Positions 9,639 to 19,541 of a DNA stretch of 64,000 bases are shown piece by piece. Each line of letters begins with the position of its first letter. The stretch's first letter is position 1. Origin of the DNA: Betaproteobacteria bacterium (GTDB lineage: Bacteria > Pseudomonadota > Gammaproteobacteria > Burkholderiales > SG8-39); the NCBI GenBank assembly GCA_947478805.1, contig CANJXQ010000005.1, positions 6,346 through 70,345 of the forward strand, written 5' to 3'. The translations under genes were made by a program, and so were the position numbers. Below the pieces are notes generated by a model. It was not told where the DNA came from. It saw nothing but the letters and a program-made list of their open reading frames with translations, and did not search any database.

Positions 9639-10587
9639 CACCCATTTTCTTGGCCATGTCGGCGTACAAGGCAGCTTCTTCCAACAGCTTCTTGTAAGCG
9701 GACTCGGGCGTGTCCCCGACCGTGTCCATGCTCATTTTCGCCAGCCCGTCCTTCACCGCCTGGGTTCGCAAGGCCTGGATGGCGGCGTTGTACAGCTTGT
9801 CGACCACCGGCTTCGGCGCCTCGGTTCGGATGTTCAGGGTGTATTCCGGGTCCCGAATCTGCGCCAGCCCCAGCTCCTTGAAGGTCGGGACATCGGGGTA
9901 TTTCGCGAGGCGCGCCTCGCCGCTCACCGCCACTGGCCGGATGGCGTCCTTGAACGTCTGCAGGTTGGAATCATTGGTGATGACCAGCTGGATCTGGTTG
10001 GTCGCCACCGCCTGGATCAGCGGGCCGGCGCCCGAGAAGGGAACGTGGACGATGTCCATCCCCAGCTGCCTGATGGCTGATTCGATCACCATCTGGATGG
10101 ACAGGTTGTTCGAACCGTAATTCAGCTTGCCGGGGTTGGCCTTCGCATACGCCACCATCTGGTTGAAGTTCGACCAGGGTTGCTTGATGGGCGTGACGAA
10201 GAATGCCTTGATGCCGAAGACGGTGGTAATGGGCTTGAGATCCTTGAGCGGATCGAATTTGAGGTTCTTTACCTGGACCGGAAGGCTGGCCAGCGGCGAC
10301 ACATAGGTGAATATGGTCGTGTACCCGTCGGCCGGGGCGTTCATCACATACTCAAGGCCGATGAGCTGGTTTCCTCCGGGCTTGGGCTCGACGATCACGG
10401 TCTGGCCGAGGAACTTGGTCATCTCCTGGCTGAGAACACGCGCCGCAAGGTCGGCAATGCTGCCTGCCGAATTGGCCACGACAATCCGCACTGGTTTCGC
10501 CGGAAATTCCTGCGCGATGGCCGTGGCCCCAAACGCCAAAGCCCCCGCCCCCAACAATGCCAAGCCACTCAACAGTCGTGCCTTCAT
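9625..10587 (-). CDS. Bug-family (TctC-like) substrate-binding protein
   Basis: 320 aa. Signal peptide MKARLLSGLALLGAGALAFG, with the EPKPGGN and FSGAGP blocks. Its 3' end overlaps the convergent gene by 14 nt. Confidence 0.85.
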   Translation of the reverse strand: MKARLLSGLALLGAGALAFGATAIAQEFPAKPVRIVVANSAGSIADLAARVLSQEMTKFLGQTVIVEPKPGGNQLIGLEYVMNAPADGYTTIFTYVSPLASLPVQVKNLKFDPLKDLKPITTVFGIKAFFVTPIKQPWSNFNQMVAYAKANPGKLNYGSNNLSIQMVIESAIRQLGMDIVHVPFSGAGPLIQAVATNQIQLVITNDSNLQTFKDAIRPVAVSGEARLAKYPDVPTFKELGLAQIRDPEYTLNIRTEAPKPVVDKLYNAAIQALRTQAVKDGLAKMSMDTVGDTPESAYKKLLEEAALYADMAKKMGVKPE

Positions 10588-10639
10588 CGCCTTCCTCCCG
10601 TCGAATTGAATTTCCCCGCAATCTTCGAAGCGTGCTTCG

Positions 10640-11467
10640 TTACCACCAGCCGCCGTCCACTCCCAATGCCTGCCCTGTCACAAATGCTGCAGCATCCGAA
10701 GCCAGGAACGCGATGACGCCTGCAACATCCTCCGGTGTCCCGAGCCTGCCGATCGGTACCGCTTTCGCCCGCTCGGCGATTGCGGCCGCCTGGTCGCCGC
10801 CGAATTCGCGCTGGTTGGTGCTTGTCGCGCGCGAGGTGAGTATCGGTCCGGGCATGATTGCATTGATCGTGATTCCACTGTCGGCAAGGTCGATGGCCAG
10901 CGCCTTGGTCAACCCGACCACGGCGGCCTTCGATGCCACGTAGGCGGTGCGACGCGGGCTTCCGCGCCCAACCGCCTTTGACGACAGGTTGATGATGCGG
11001 CCCCACTTCTGTTTGCGCATCCAGGGGATCGCTGCCTTGCACATCAGGAACGGCCCCCTGGCGTTCACCGCCATGACGTAATCCCATGCCTCGACCGGAA
11101 CGTTTTCGATGTCGTTGCGGTCGGCGCCGTGAGGCGCAGCGGCATTGTTGACCAGCACGTCGAGGCGACCGTATCGACGGGTGGCTTCCTCGACCATGCG
11201 CTGCGCATCGGCCTCGACGCTTACGTCGCCGACGACTGCCGAGGCCTTGCCCCCATTGCGCGAAATTTCCTCGACCAGGCTCTCCAGGCCGTTCCAGCCC
11301 CGTCCGGTCTGGCCGGCGATGTCGTGCTGATTGGCGGCGCCGGTGGCAGTGATATCGGCGGAAACTACCGTGAACCCTGCGGCGGCCAAAGCCAGCGCCG
11401 TCGATCTTCCGATGCCCACCTGCTTGCCGCATCCGGTGACCAGGGCGACCCGATTCGTGCTCTGCAT
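10640..11467 (-). CDS. SDR family oxidoreductase
   Basis: 275 aa with TGCGKQVGIG, NNAA and YVASK motifs. Confidence 0.85.
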   Translation of the reverse strand: MQSTNRVALVTGCGKQVGIGRSTALALAAAGFTVVSADITATGAANQHDIAGQTGRGWNGLESLVEEISRNGGKASAVVGDVSVEADAQRMVEEATRRYGRLDVLVNNAAAPHGADRNDIENVPVEAWDYVMAVNARGPFLMCKAAIPWMRKQKWGRIINLSSKAVGRGSPRRTAYVASKAAVVGLTKALAIDLADSGITINAIMPGPILTSRATSTNQREFGGDQAAAIAERAKAVPIGRLGTPEDVAGVIAFLASDAAAFVTGQALGVDGGWW

Positions 11468-11689
11468 GCGAATCCTCGAGGAAGGGGAACTGTAGTGGCC
11501 GATAGGCCGGGAACGACCGACCCAGTTTAGACAGAATCAATCCGATGATCAACGAAACAAGCATGGTCATGGCCAAGAGCGATATTGGCAACCGTTCGCC
11601 TGCGTCGGGATCATGCCTCAGGGGCTGCTATTGCGGGCGGGGCGTCGTACTATTAGGCATTGATCGTGCACCGCGGTTCGGGAGGGGAG

Positions 11690-12415
11690 ATGGACGCAGC
11701 GCAGCAGGATGAACTCAATAAACAGGACCTAGTCACGGCCAACCATATCCTGGCGCACCAGGGAATCCTCGATGCCTTCGGGCATGTCAGCGTGCGCTCC
11801 GTGGTGAACCCCGGCCGCTATTTCATGTCGCGGTCCAGCGCCCCCGCCATGGTCGCGCCGGACGACGTGATGGAGTTCGACCTCGACGGCAATCCCCTGG
11901 ATGCGCGCGGCCGCAAGGTCTATGCCGAGCGTTGCATTCATGGCGAGATCTTCAAGGCCCGCGCGGATGTCAACGCCGTCGTCCACAGCCACTCGCCCAT
12001 GGTCATACCGTTCAGCGTCACGCAAACCGCCTTGCAGCCGGTCTGTCACATGGCCTCATTCCTGCGCAAGCCAGTGCCGGTATTCGAGATCCGCGATGTC
12101 GAGGGAGACAATAATTCGCTGCTCATCGTCAAGGGGCCCACGGGTGCGGCGTTGGCAAAAACACTAGGGGACAGTTCGGTCGTCCTGATGCGGGGGCATG
12201 GCAATGCCGTCGTTGCCGGCAATTTGAGGATGGCGGTATTCCGGGCGGTCTATACGGAACTGAATGCGCGCATCCAGTCTGACGCGCTGCGGCTTGGCAA
12301 GGTCAATTACCTGACGCTGCAGGAGGCCGTCAACTTCCAGGCCGCCTTCGAGGGTTCGGATGCGAACCTGCTCCGCCCGTGGGAGATGTGGGTACGCGAA
12401 CTGGAGAAGGCGTGA
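11690..12415 (+). CDS. class II aldolase/adducin family protein
   Basis: ORF 11660..12415 trimmed to the ATG at 11690, which follows GGAGGGGAG. Contains GHVSVR and the metal site HSHSP. Confidence 0.8.
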   Translation: MDAAQQDELNKQDLVTANHILAHQGILDAFGHVSVRSVVNPGRYFMSRSSAPAMVAPDDVMEFDLDGNPLDARGRKVYAERCIHGEIFKARADVNAVVHSHSPMVIPFSVTQTALQPVCHMASFLRKPVPVFEIRDVEGDNNSLLIVKGPTGAALAKTLGDSSVVLMRGHGNAVVAGNLRMAVFRAVYTELNARIQSDALRLGKVNYLTLQEAVNFQAAFEGSDANLLRPWEMWVRELEKA

Positions 12416-12461
12416 CGATCGCCGACGTCCGGCCACCGCAACGATAGAGACGACCCTGAAT

Positions 12462-13535
12462 ATGCCGAAAAGCATCGCGATACTCGATGAAGACCACGTG
12501 GTCGGACTTGTCCATCAGTTGATGAAGGGTGACCGTGCCGCCGCCGAGCCAGGGCTGAAAGCATTTTTTGCCCCCGAGGTTTGCGACATGGATGCGCTGT
12601 GGTCGCTCGCCGCGGGCCTCACCGAGGCCGATGGTGTGCGCCTGGTCAAGTGCAAGCGCCCCGAGGATGCCATCGGGTCCGACGTGCTGCTGTTTCGCCG
12701 CGGACAGGTCACGCGCGAGATGATGGAATCGAATCCCGCGCTGGTGCTGGTGCAGCGCTGGGGTGAGCGCTCGGACATGATCGATTGCGATGCGGCGAAA
12801 TCGAGAGGCGTATGGGTGTCGTGCCTTCAGCGGCCCATGTTGCACTATGTGGCGGAGCATGTGCTCCTGCTGGCCCTCGCGCTGCTGAAGAAGCTTGTCG
12901 CAAGCGATCGTGCGGTAAGGGATGTGCCCGCGGCCGGTGCACCGGCCCCTGAAGGTCAAATGCGCTACAACTGGCCTGGTATTCCGGGAGTCAATGGTCT
13001 TTACGGCAAGACGATCGGCATTATCGGCATGGGGGAGATCGGCTCCCTGGCATGTCAAAAGGCACGTGCGCTCGGCATGAGGGTGCTTTATTTCAATCGC
13101 ACCCGGCTGCCAGAAGCTTACGAGGTCGCGTGCGGGGTCGAGTACCGGAGCTTGGACGAACTGCTCGAGGAATCCGATATTGTTTCCCTGCACGCGACAT
13201 TTCACGCAGGCGGGGAAAAGCTTCTCGACAAGGAGCGCCTCGCGCGCATGAAACGGGGCGCTATCTTCATCAACACGGGGCGCGGACAGCTGGTCGACGA
13301 GGCTGCGCTGTTCAGCGCCTTGCGGTCAGGGGCGCTGGCAGGGGCAGGTTTGGACGTGCACGGGCGCGAACCACGGCATCAGGGAGACCCTCTGTTCACG
13401 CTGGACAACGTGATACTGACCCCGCACCTGGCGGGCGGATCGCGTCTGGGCACCGTGATGGAGATCAGGGGCATCCTGGAGAATGTCCGCGCAGCCTTCG
13501 ATCGGAGGCCGCCGGTTCATTGTCGAGTGGCTTGA
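12462..13535 (+). CDS. D-isomer-specific 2-hydroxyacid dehydrogenase family protein
   Basis: ORF 12360..13535 trimmed to MPKSIAILDE at 12462. Has the NAD site GIIGMGEIG and the C-terminal TPHLAG block. Confidence 0.8.
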   Translation: MPKSIAILDEDHVVGLVHQLMKGDRAAAEPGLKAFFAPEVCDMDALWSLAAGLTEADGVRLVKCKRPEDAIGSDVLLFRRGQVTREMMESNPALVLVQRWGERSDMIDCDAAKSRGVWVSCLQRPMLHYVAEHVLLLALALLKKLVASDRAVRDVPAAGAPAPEGQMRYNWPGIPGVNGLYGKTIGIIGMGEIGSLACQKARALGMRVLYFNRTRLPEAYEVACGVEYRSLDELLEESDIVSLHATFHAGGEKLLDKERLARMKRGAIFINTGRGQLVDEAALFSALRSGALAGAGLDVHGREPRHQGDPLFTLDNVILTPHLAGGSRLGTVMEIRGILENVRAAFDRRPPVHCRVA

Positions 13536-13582
13536 GTGGCGGGTCAACGAGACTGCTTGCGACGATCTGAGAGGGGAATGAA

Positions 13583-14095
13583 ATGAGCGGGGACGGGGGA
13601 AAAGATCTCGATGAAATGCGGGCGCAATTGCGCATCCTGGCGGACCGCGCCGAAATTGCGGACATCATGACACGGTATTCTCGCGGTATCCGGAAGAACG
13701 ACAGCAAGCTGGTGGCGTCCTGCTTCACTCAGGACGCCAGGCTCGAATCGAATGGGCAGAAGCTGGTGGGTGCCGCGGCAATCGAGACCTACTACACGGA
13801 GTGGTTCGCCGCGACCTCCAATGGCGGCGGAGGATTCGGGATGCAGCGCATCATGAGCACCCCGTACCTGGCCAATGATGCGGAAATTCGAATCAGCGGC
13901 GATACGGCAACGGCGGAGAGTTCGGGGCTCGCCGTGCATGCCGGCAAGCGCGACGACGCGGGGCTGCTCGTCGTCCGCGGTGCCTTCTATATCGACGAAT
14001 TCGTTCGTACGAGCGAAGGTTGGCGGATCAGCAGGCGATTCCACGGAAACAATTGGGTCTCCGAATTTCCTGCGCGGATCCTTTCATCTCAATAG
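13583..14095 (+). CDS. SnoaL-like / NTF2-fold protein
   Basis: 170 aa. The LADRAEIADIMTRYSRGIRKNDSKLVASCF pattern is typical of SnoaL_4 domains. Confidence 0.55.
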   Translation: MSGDGGKDLDEMRAQLRILADRAEIADIMTRYSRGIRKNDSKLVASCFTQDARLESNGQKLVGAAAIETYYTEWFAATSNGGGGFGMQRIMSTPYLANDAEIRISGDTATAESSGLAVHAGKRDDAGLLVVRGAFYIDEFVRTSEGWRISRRFHGNNWVSEFPARILSSQ

Positions 14096-14240
14096 CGTCC
14101 CAGCGTTTGCACCAACGAGAAGGGCGTTGTAGTGCGGTCCTGAGCTGTGCTCGTCCTGACGCAGCTTGAAGCCGCGCCCACGGTCATGCCGCCCGCTGTT
14201 TGCAGCAGTGTCCTGCGTGATGTCGGCTTCATGCGGCCTC

Positions 14241-15236
14241 CTATTCCGCGGTGATCTTCGCCGCGCGCACGATCGCCCCCCATTTTGCATTCTCGGCCTT
14301 GATGAACGCGCCGAACTGCTCCGGTGTTCCGCCACCCAGCTCGTTTCCTTGGCTCAGCACGCGGTCACGGAACTCGGGCATGGCGAGCAACTTGTTCATG
14401 TCGGCATTCAGGCGGGCAATGATGGCGGCGGGCGTGCCCTTGGGGGCGACGGCGCCCTGCCAGTTGAGCACCTCGAAGCCGGGGACCCCGGCTTCTTCCA
14501 TGGTGACGAGGTCGGGCGCGAGCGCCAGGCGCTTCTTGCTGGTGATGGCGAGCGCGCGCGTCTTGCCGGCCTGCATGTTGGGCATGGCGGCGTACATCTG
14601 CTCGAACATCATGTCCACACGCCCGGCGAGCAGGTCCACGGCTGCGGGCGCGCCCCCCTTGTAGGGAATGTGGACCAGATCGATCTTGGTGAGCGACTTC
14701 AACAATTCGGCCGAGAGCTGGTGGCTGCCCCCCAGGCCGCCCGAGGCGAAGGTGATCTTGCCCGGTGAGGCCTTGGCTGCGGCAATGATGTCTTTCACGC
14801 TCTTGAATGGCGATGCCTGGTTCACCATCAACACCAGTGGGCCGCGTTCAATGAGCATGACGGGCATCAGGTCGGTGAGCGGATCGAAGGGAATGGTTTT
14901 CATCATGGCCTGGTTGACCGCCAGCGGGGCAAAGCTGCCCATGCCGATGGTGTACCCGTCAGGCTTGGCCTTGGCGATCATGTCGGTGGCGATGTTGCCG
15001 CCGGCCCCGGCGCGGTTCTCCACCACTACGCTCTGGCCGAGCAGTGGCCCGAGGTAGCGCGCTACCTCGCGTGAACGCAGGTCGGCATTGCCGCCCGGCG
15101 CATAGCCGACGAACCAGGTGATGGGTTTGTTGGGGTAGCCAGTCTGTGCGACGGCGGCAGAGGTTGCGCCGAAGCAGAACAAAAGGGCGCCGCAAGCGGC
15201 GCCGAAATGCGGGACAAAGGCCAGAAATTTGCGCAT
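14241..15236 (-). CDS. Bug-family (TctC-like) substrate-binding protein
   Basis: ORF 14241..15545 trimmed to MRKFLAFVPHFGAACGALLF at 15236. Contains YAPGGNAD, VENRAGAGG and YKGGAPA blocks. Confidence 0.85.
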   Translation of the reverse strand: MRKFLAFVPHFGAACGALLFCFGATSAAVAQTGYPNKPITWFVGYAPGGNADLRSREVARYLGPLLGQSVVVENRAGAGGNIATDMIAKAKPDGYTIGMGSFAPLAVNQAMMKTIPFDPLTDLMPVMLIERGPLVLMVNQASPFKSVKDIIAAAKASPGKITFASGGLGGSHQLSAELLKSLTKIDLVHIPYKGGAPAAVDLLAGRVDMMFEQMYAAMPNMQAGKTRALAITSKKRLALAPDLVTMEEAGVPGFEVLNWQGAVAPKGTPAAIIARLNADMNKLLAMPEFRDRVLSQGNELGGGTPEQFGAFIKAENAKWGAIVRAAKITAE

Positions 15237-15413
15237 GGTCTCTCCGATACGATGGATTTCAAGCAGAAAGAAAGATGATGAACACAGAGAGTATAGTGCG
15301 CCGCGGAGAAATATCGCTCGCGTGGCGGGCGATGGGGGCAACCGTGATACTGTCGGCTCACAGGCGTAGGGTTGCAGTCGTTGCGATTGGGTCTGTCCGG
15401 TAAGGGGCTCATC

Positions 15414-16187
15414 TTGAAGATCATTGCAACGGTGCTTGCGGCTTGCGTTGCCACTGCGGCGTTTTCCACTCGTGCGGAAGAGCGTATCAGCCTGCCGAGT
15501 CGCCCGGGCGTCGAGACACGCTTTGTTTATCAGGCTGTCGCGCAACCGGCCGCACAGGTCATCCTGTTCGAAGGAGGTAATGGCATACCCGGCGGCAGCA
15601 ATCCGGGATTTCTCGACACCAGCCGAAAGGTTTTTTCGGATCAGAACATTTCATATGCGATGTTCATGCCACCGTCGGACCACGCTAGTGGCCTGCAAGA
15701 TACTCGTGGTACCACGCACAGCAACTATCGTGTCAGCGATGACCATACTCGCGATGTTGAGCCCATCATCGCCTGGTTGCGGCAGAAAAGTCAGGCCCCG
15801 GTTTGGCTTGCAGGGGTTAGCGCCGGCACCGTATCGGTGGGCTGGCTTGGAACCCGGGTTCGGGAACCGGTCGATGGCCTGGTTTTTTCGTCCAGCATTC
15901 TTCGCGGCACCAACCGGGTCGGGACGCTGGGTCTCCAGAACATCCGCGTGCCAACGCTGATCACACATCACAAGGAGGACGGCTGCGAACACAATCCTCC
16001 GTTCATGGTGCAGGTCTTCACCAAGTTCCTGCCGAACGAAACCAAGCGTGAAATTCGCCTTTTCGAGGGCGGCGGGGTTCGCGGCCCCGATCCATGCAAG
16101 CAGGGTACTCACCATACCTACTACGGCATCGAGCGCGAGGTGGCAACGGCCATTACGGTGTTCATCAAGGACAATAGTCAGCGCTGA
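15414..16187 (+). CDS. secreted alpha/beta-hydrolase-like protein
   Basis: ORF 15372..16187. The likely start is the TTG at 15414 (LKIIATVLAACVATAAFS signal peptide, AAGGGG upstream). GVSAG resembles a nucleophile elbow. Family assignment is tentative. Confidence 0.5.
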   Translation: MKIIATVLAACVATAAFSTRAEERISLPSRPGVETRFVYQAVAQPAAQVILFEGGNGIPGGSNPGFLDTSRKVFSDQNISYAMFMPPSDHASGLQDTRGTTHSNYRVSDDHTRDVEPIIAWLRQKSQAPVWLAGVSAGTVSVGWLGTRVREPVDGLVFSSSILRGTNRVGTLGLQNIRVPTLITHHKEDGCEHNPPFMVQVFTKFLPNETKREIRLFEGGGVRGPDPCKQGTHHTYYGIEREVATAITVFIKDNSQR

Positions 16188-16297
16188 CCAGGACGAGGGC
16201 TGGCGGACCAGGGGCCCGCACGGATATTGAGGCTCGCCAGCCTGCGGTAGCTGTTGCCACTGCTCACCTCGCACCCAAAGCAAGGCAAAATGGGGCG

Positions 16298-17260
16298 GTG
16301 TTCGACGTACTCGCCGTTACCTTTCCCTTCTTCGCGCTCGTGCTGGCGGGCTTCATTGCCGTTCGACGCGCCATGTTGCCGTTGCCGGCGATTCCCGGCC
16401 TCAACGCCTTCGTGCTGTTCTTCGCGCTGCCCTGCATGCTGTTTCGCTTCGGCGCAGGTACGCCGATCGCGCAGTTGCTGGACCCTGGGGTCTTTGGCGT
16501 CTACCTGATCTGCGCGCTGATCATGGTCGGCTTCACCTTTGCCACCACGCTGAGCCAGCGCGTCGATGCCAACAATGCGGCCTTCGGCGCGTTGACGGCG
16601 GCCTTCCCGAACACCGGCTACATGGGCGTGCCGCTATTCATCGCACTGTTTGGCGCGCGGGCCTCGGGGCCGGCGATCGTCACCATCGTGATCGACCTTG
16701 TGATCACCAGCTCGCTGTGCATTGCCCTGTCGCGCCTGGGGCGCGTGGACGGTGGCGACGCCCGCAGTGCGGGCGAAGCGGCACGCAAGGCCCTTTACGG
16801 CGTCGTCGTCAACCCGCTGCCGTGGGCGATACTCCTCGGTGCTGCATTCTCGGCGTTCGATCTTTCGCTTCCTAAGCCCCTCATGGCCACCATCGGCCTG
16901 CTCGCCGACGCGGCATCCCCGGTGGCCTTGTTCACCATCGGAGCGGTGCTCGCGCGTTCGCAGATGAACAGCGCCGACGCGGCGCCGCTCGCCGACTACG
17001 TGCCGGTAGCGCTGAAGAAGCTGATCCTGCATCCCCTGCTGGTACTGTTGCTGGGCAGCGCGGCCATCCAGCTCGGCGTGCCGCTCGACCGCTTTGCGCT
17101 CACCGTCATCGTGCTGGTCGCCGCGTTGCCCAGCGCGAGCAATGTCGTGATGCTCGCCGAGCGCTACGGGGCCGACGGCGGGCGCATTGCGCGGGTGATC
17201 CTGGTGTCGACAACGCTGGCCTTCGTCACGTTTTCGGGGGCGGTGGCGCTGCTGTCCTAG
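16298..17260 (+). CDS. AEC (auxin efflux carrier) family transporter
   Basis: 320 aa, GTG start, polytopic and hydrophobic throughout. N-terminus VFDVLAVTFPFFALVLAGF is typical of the AEC/MdcF-like family. Confidence 0.75.
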   Translation: MFDVLAVTFPFFALVLAGFIAVRRAMLPLPAIPGLNAFVLFFALPCMLFRFGAGTPIAQLLDPGVFGVYLICALIMVGFTFATTLSQRVDANNAAFGALTAAFPNTGYMGVPLFIALFGARASGPAIVTIVIDLVITSSLCIALSRLGRVDGGDARSAGEAARKALYGVVVNPLPWAILLGAAFSAFDLSLPKPLMATIGLLADAASPVALFTIGAVLARSQMNSADAAPLADYVPVALKKLILHPLLVLLLGSAAIQLGVPLDRFALTVIVLVAALPSASNVVMLAERYGADGGRIARVILVSTTLAFVTFSGAVALLS

Positions 17261-17488
17261 GCTTGGCGATAGGACCGATGTACTGCGTCTGTTTGGCAGT
17301 ATTCGTTTCTTGGATATCCGATAGAAGGGTATCAATAATGAAACGTGACAGTATTGGACGTTCTGCATTCCGAGCGGAATCGTCATCCATCGCGGGTCGG
17401 GTGGTGATTCGCCGGCGGCAGATAGTTTCCTCAGGCATGTCAAAACCGGTCAGACTCGGGTGTCATCAACCCACGAGATCGGAACATC

Positions 17489-17617
17489 ATGAGCCACTCC
17501 AAACTGGTGCGCAGCCGGCGCAAGAAACAGCGGACCGAGAAAGACCTCGCAGGCATCGCCAAGCGGGCCAAGAAGGCGAAGAACGCGGCAGCAAGCGCCA
17601 AGACGCCGGCTGCCTGA
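17489..17617 (+). CDS. candidate small basic protein (42 aa)
   Basis: Below the ORF-track length cutoff. ATG at 17489 gives MSHSKLVRSRRKKQRTEKDLAGIAKRAKKAKNAAASAKTPAA*. About 34 of 41 third-codon positions are G/C, matching genome bias. The SD is weak and I recognise no family. Confidence 0.3.
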   Translation: MSHSKLVRSRRKKQRTEKDLAGIAKRAKKAKNAAASAKTPAA

Positions 17618-17639
17618 CGCATCGCAAGGCCAGGTGCGC

Positions 17640-18410
17640 CTACGCTTTGCTCGTGTAACTCACGCCCGCCATTTCTGCCATCGTCCGCAGTCTTGATCCG
17701 GGACGATCCGAGGGTTTGGGCAATTGCAGGAACAGCACTTCGGCACCTTGCGGCCCGGCCTGAAGCGTCGGCGTGGCCTCACCCGGAGCGACATTGATCA
17801 GCGAGCGCGGCGGTGCTTCCTTGCCGTGCTCGATGAGCGCCCCAGTGCACACGAGGTAGTACTGGTTCCCCGCCAATGATGGCTCGCCTGCCACGCTGGC
17901 GTTCGGGCCGAGGCGCATGCCCATGACCTTGATGCCGTCGCTGGCGTCCGTCACGAGTGTCTCGCGTGTCGATTGGCCTGCGGCCGGCAGCGGTTTTCCG
18001 GTTTCGAACTGGCCATACAGGTTGCGACCGGGCTTGCCGACGATCTTGCTGCGCGCAGCCGGCATCGGAAAGAATCCTGTCACGCATTGGGCGCGGATGG
18101 TGAAGAAATCCAGTCCCTCCTTGCCGCCGATGATCGGGCCGTACGGCGTATAGGCATCGGCGTAGTGAAAGGCGACGGGCGCAATGGCGTCCGGCCCCAT
18201 GCGCCCGCCGCCGCCGACCACCACCTGGAACTGGTCGACATCGTGGAAGTGCGGGTGGATGGTGGAGCCTTCATCCGGCATTTCAACCAGGAATGCCTGG
18301 GGGCCTTCGTGAATGGATTTCACGCGGCCGTAGTAGTGGTGCACGGTCGAGGTGTAGCCCTCCCCGCGCGTTGCCATCGACTCGGTCTGTTCGTAATTGA
18401 CGATCTGCAT
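17640..18410 (-). CDS. cupin-like protein
   Basis: ORF 17640..18638 trimmed to MQIVNYEQTE at 18410. The HPHFHDVDQFQVVVGGGG block resembles cupin motif 1. Confidence 0.5.
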   Translation of the reverse strand: MQIVNYEQTESMATRGEGYTSTVHHYYGRVKSIHEGPQAFLVEMPDEGSTIHPHFHDVDQFQVVVGGGGRMGPDAIAPVAFHYADAYTPYGPIIGGKEGLDFFTIRAQCVTGFFPMPAARSKIVGKPGRNLYGQFETGKPLPAAGQSTRETLVTDASDGIKVMGMRLGPNASVAGEPSLAGNQYYLVCTGALIEHGKEAPPRSLINVAPGEATPTLQAGPQGAEVLFLQLPKPSDRPGSRLRTMAEMAGVSYTSKA

Positions 18411-18638
18411 GCTTGCCCCCAAGGTAGTTTGCCGATGGGGGAATGATAGTCTGGGTCGGCCAGGAGCGCAGCAGCGCCGCAGGGTTCGGCGGAAATGCCG
18501 GCGCAGAGCCGAATAGTCACGGACAGGCCGGCATAGTCCGTATAATCCGTCGCTTTTTTGGCCCGATGATTCGGCCCCCCATTTTTTCGGCCGCCCAATG
18601 GGTTCTAGTTGCCCCTGGAGCCGATCGGTGAAAGACAC

Positions 18639-19541
18639 ATGCTCCTCAAGAACCTCATCATCTACCGGCTAGCAAAGAAGTGGTCCCTGAAGTCGGACGA
18701 CCTGGAAAAGAAACTCGAAGCCCAGGCGTTGCAGCCCTGCGGCAGCTTCGAGATGGAAAGCCGGGGCTGGCTGCCGCCGCAAGGCGAGCACCGCCTGGTC
18801 TATACGCAGGCTCACCACTGGTTGTTGATGCTGGGGGTCGAGCAGAAGCTGTTGCCGGCCTCGGTCATCCGGCAAGCCGCCAAGGATCGCGCCACGCAAA
18901 TTACCGCGCAGCTCGGCCGCCCGGTCGGGCGCAAGCAGATGCGCGACCTGCGCGACCAGGTCACCAACGAGCTGCTGCCGCGCGCGCTCGCCAAGCGCGC
19001 CACCACGCGCGCATGGATCGACACCAAGGGCCGCTGGCTGGTGGTGGACGCGGGTGCCGACAAGAAGGCCGAGGAATTCGTCGATGCGCTGCGGCGCGTC
19101 GAAGAGGATTTCCCGTGCAAGCGCCTGGAGACGGAACGCTCCCCTGGTTCGGCCATGACCAGGTGGCTCGCCTCAGGCAAGCCGCCTGCCGGCTTCACTA
19201 TCGACCAGGACCTCGAGCTGCAGTCGGTCGACCTCGCCAAATCCACCATCCGATACACGCGCCACTCGCTGGAGGGCAAGGAAATCCGCGACCATATCGC
19301 GAGCGGCAAGACGGTGATTCGCCTGGGCATGACCTGGAAGGACAAGATCACCTTCGTGCTCACCGACGAGCTGCACGTCAAGCGGGTGAACTTCGTGGAC
19401 ATCATCCGCGATGAGACGGGCGAAGAGGCCGAGGATGCGGATGAGCAATTCGACATCGATTTCGCATTGATGACGGGCGAGCTGTCGCTGTTTCTCGACG
19501 ATCTCGCTGAAGCGCTGGACGGGGAGAAGGCGAAGGACTAG
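18639..19541 (+). CDS. rdgC: recombination-associated protein RdgC
   Basis: ORF 18609..19541 trimmed to MLLKNLIIYRL. Length of about 300 aa and sequence pattern are typical of RdgC. Confidence 0.85.
   Translation: MLLKNLIIYRLAKKWSLKSDDLEKKLEAQALQPCGSFEMESRGWLPPQGEHRLVYTQAHHWLLMLGVEQKLLPASVIRQAAKDRATQITAQLGRPVGRKQMRDLRDQVTNELLPRALAKRATTRAWIDTKGRWLVVDAGADKKAEEFVDALRRVEEDFPCKRLETERSPGSAMTRWLASGKPPAGFTIDQDLELQSVDLAKSTIRYTRHSLEGKEIRDHIASGKTVIRLGMTWKDKITFVLTDELHVKRVNFVDIIRDETGEEAEDADEQFDIDFALMTGELSLFLDDLAEALDGEKAKD

Noticed and set aside
10584-11591. 335-aa ORF whose first 25 residues (MPISLLAMTMLVSLIIGLILSKLG) look like a TM helix. I considered it as a possible small TctB-like subunit next to the Bug gene.
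   Set aside because: After the hydrophobic start the frame runs out of phase through the SDR gene (10640-11467) and becomes Arg-rich nonsense. A stand-alone micro-ORF cannot be delimited because there is no stop before the SDR overlap.
17263-17658. 131-aa tracked ORF in the AEC/cupin spacer
   Set aside because: It has low-complexity Arg/Gln-rich composition, no start context and poor third-position GC in its first half. The shorter 42-aa ORF in another frame fits the codon bias better.
18541-18546. Perfect TATAAT 93 nt upstream of rdgC, considered as its promoter
   Set aside because: No acceptable -35 hexamer lies at 16-18 nt (best is 3 of 6). I did not list it as a feature, but it may still be a -10 element.
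19538-19541. The convergent rdgC and GST genes both terminate in the palindrome CTAG, so they share overlapping TAG stops
   Set aside because: Real but trivial; this is a compact genome curiosity with no functional implication that I can support.
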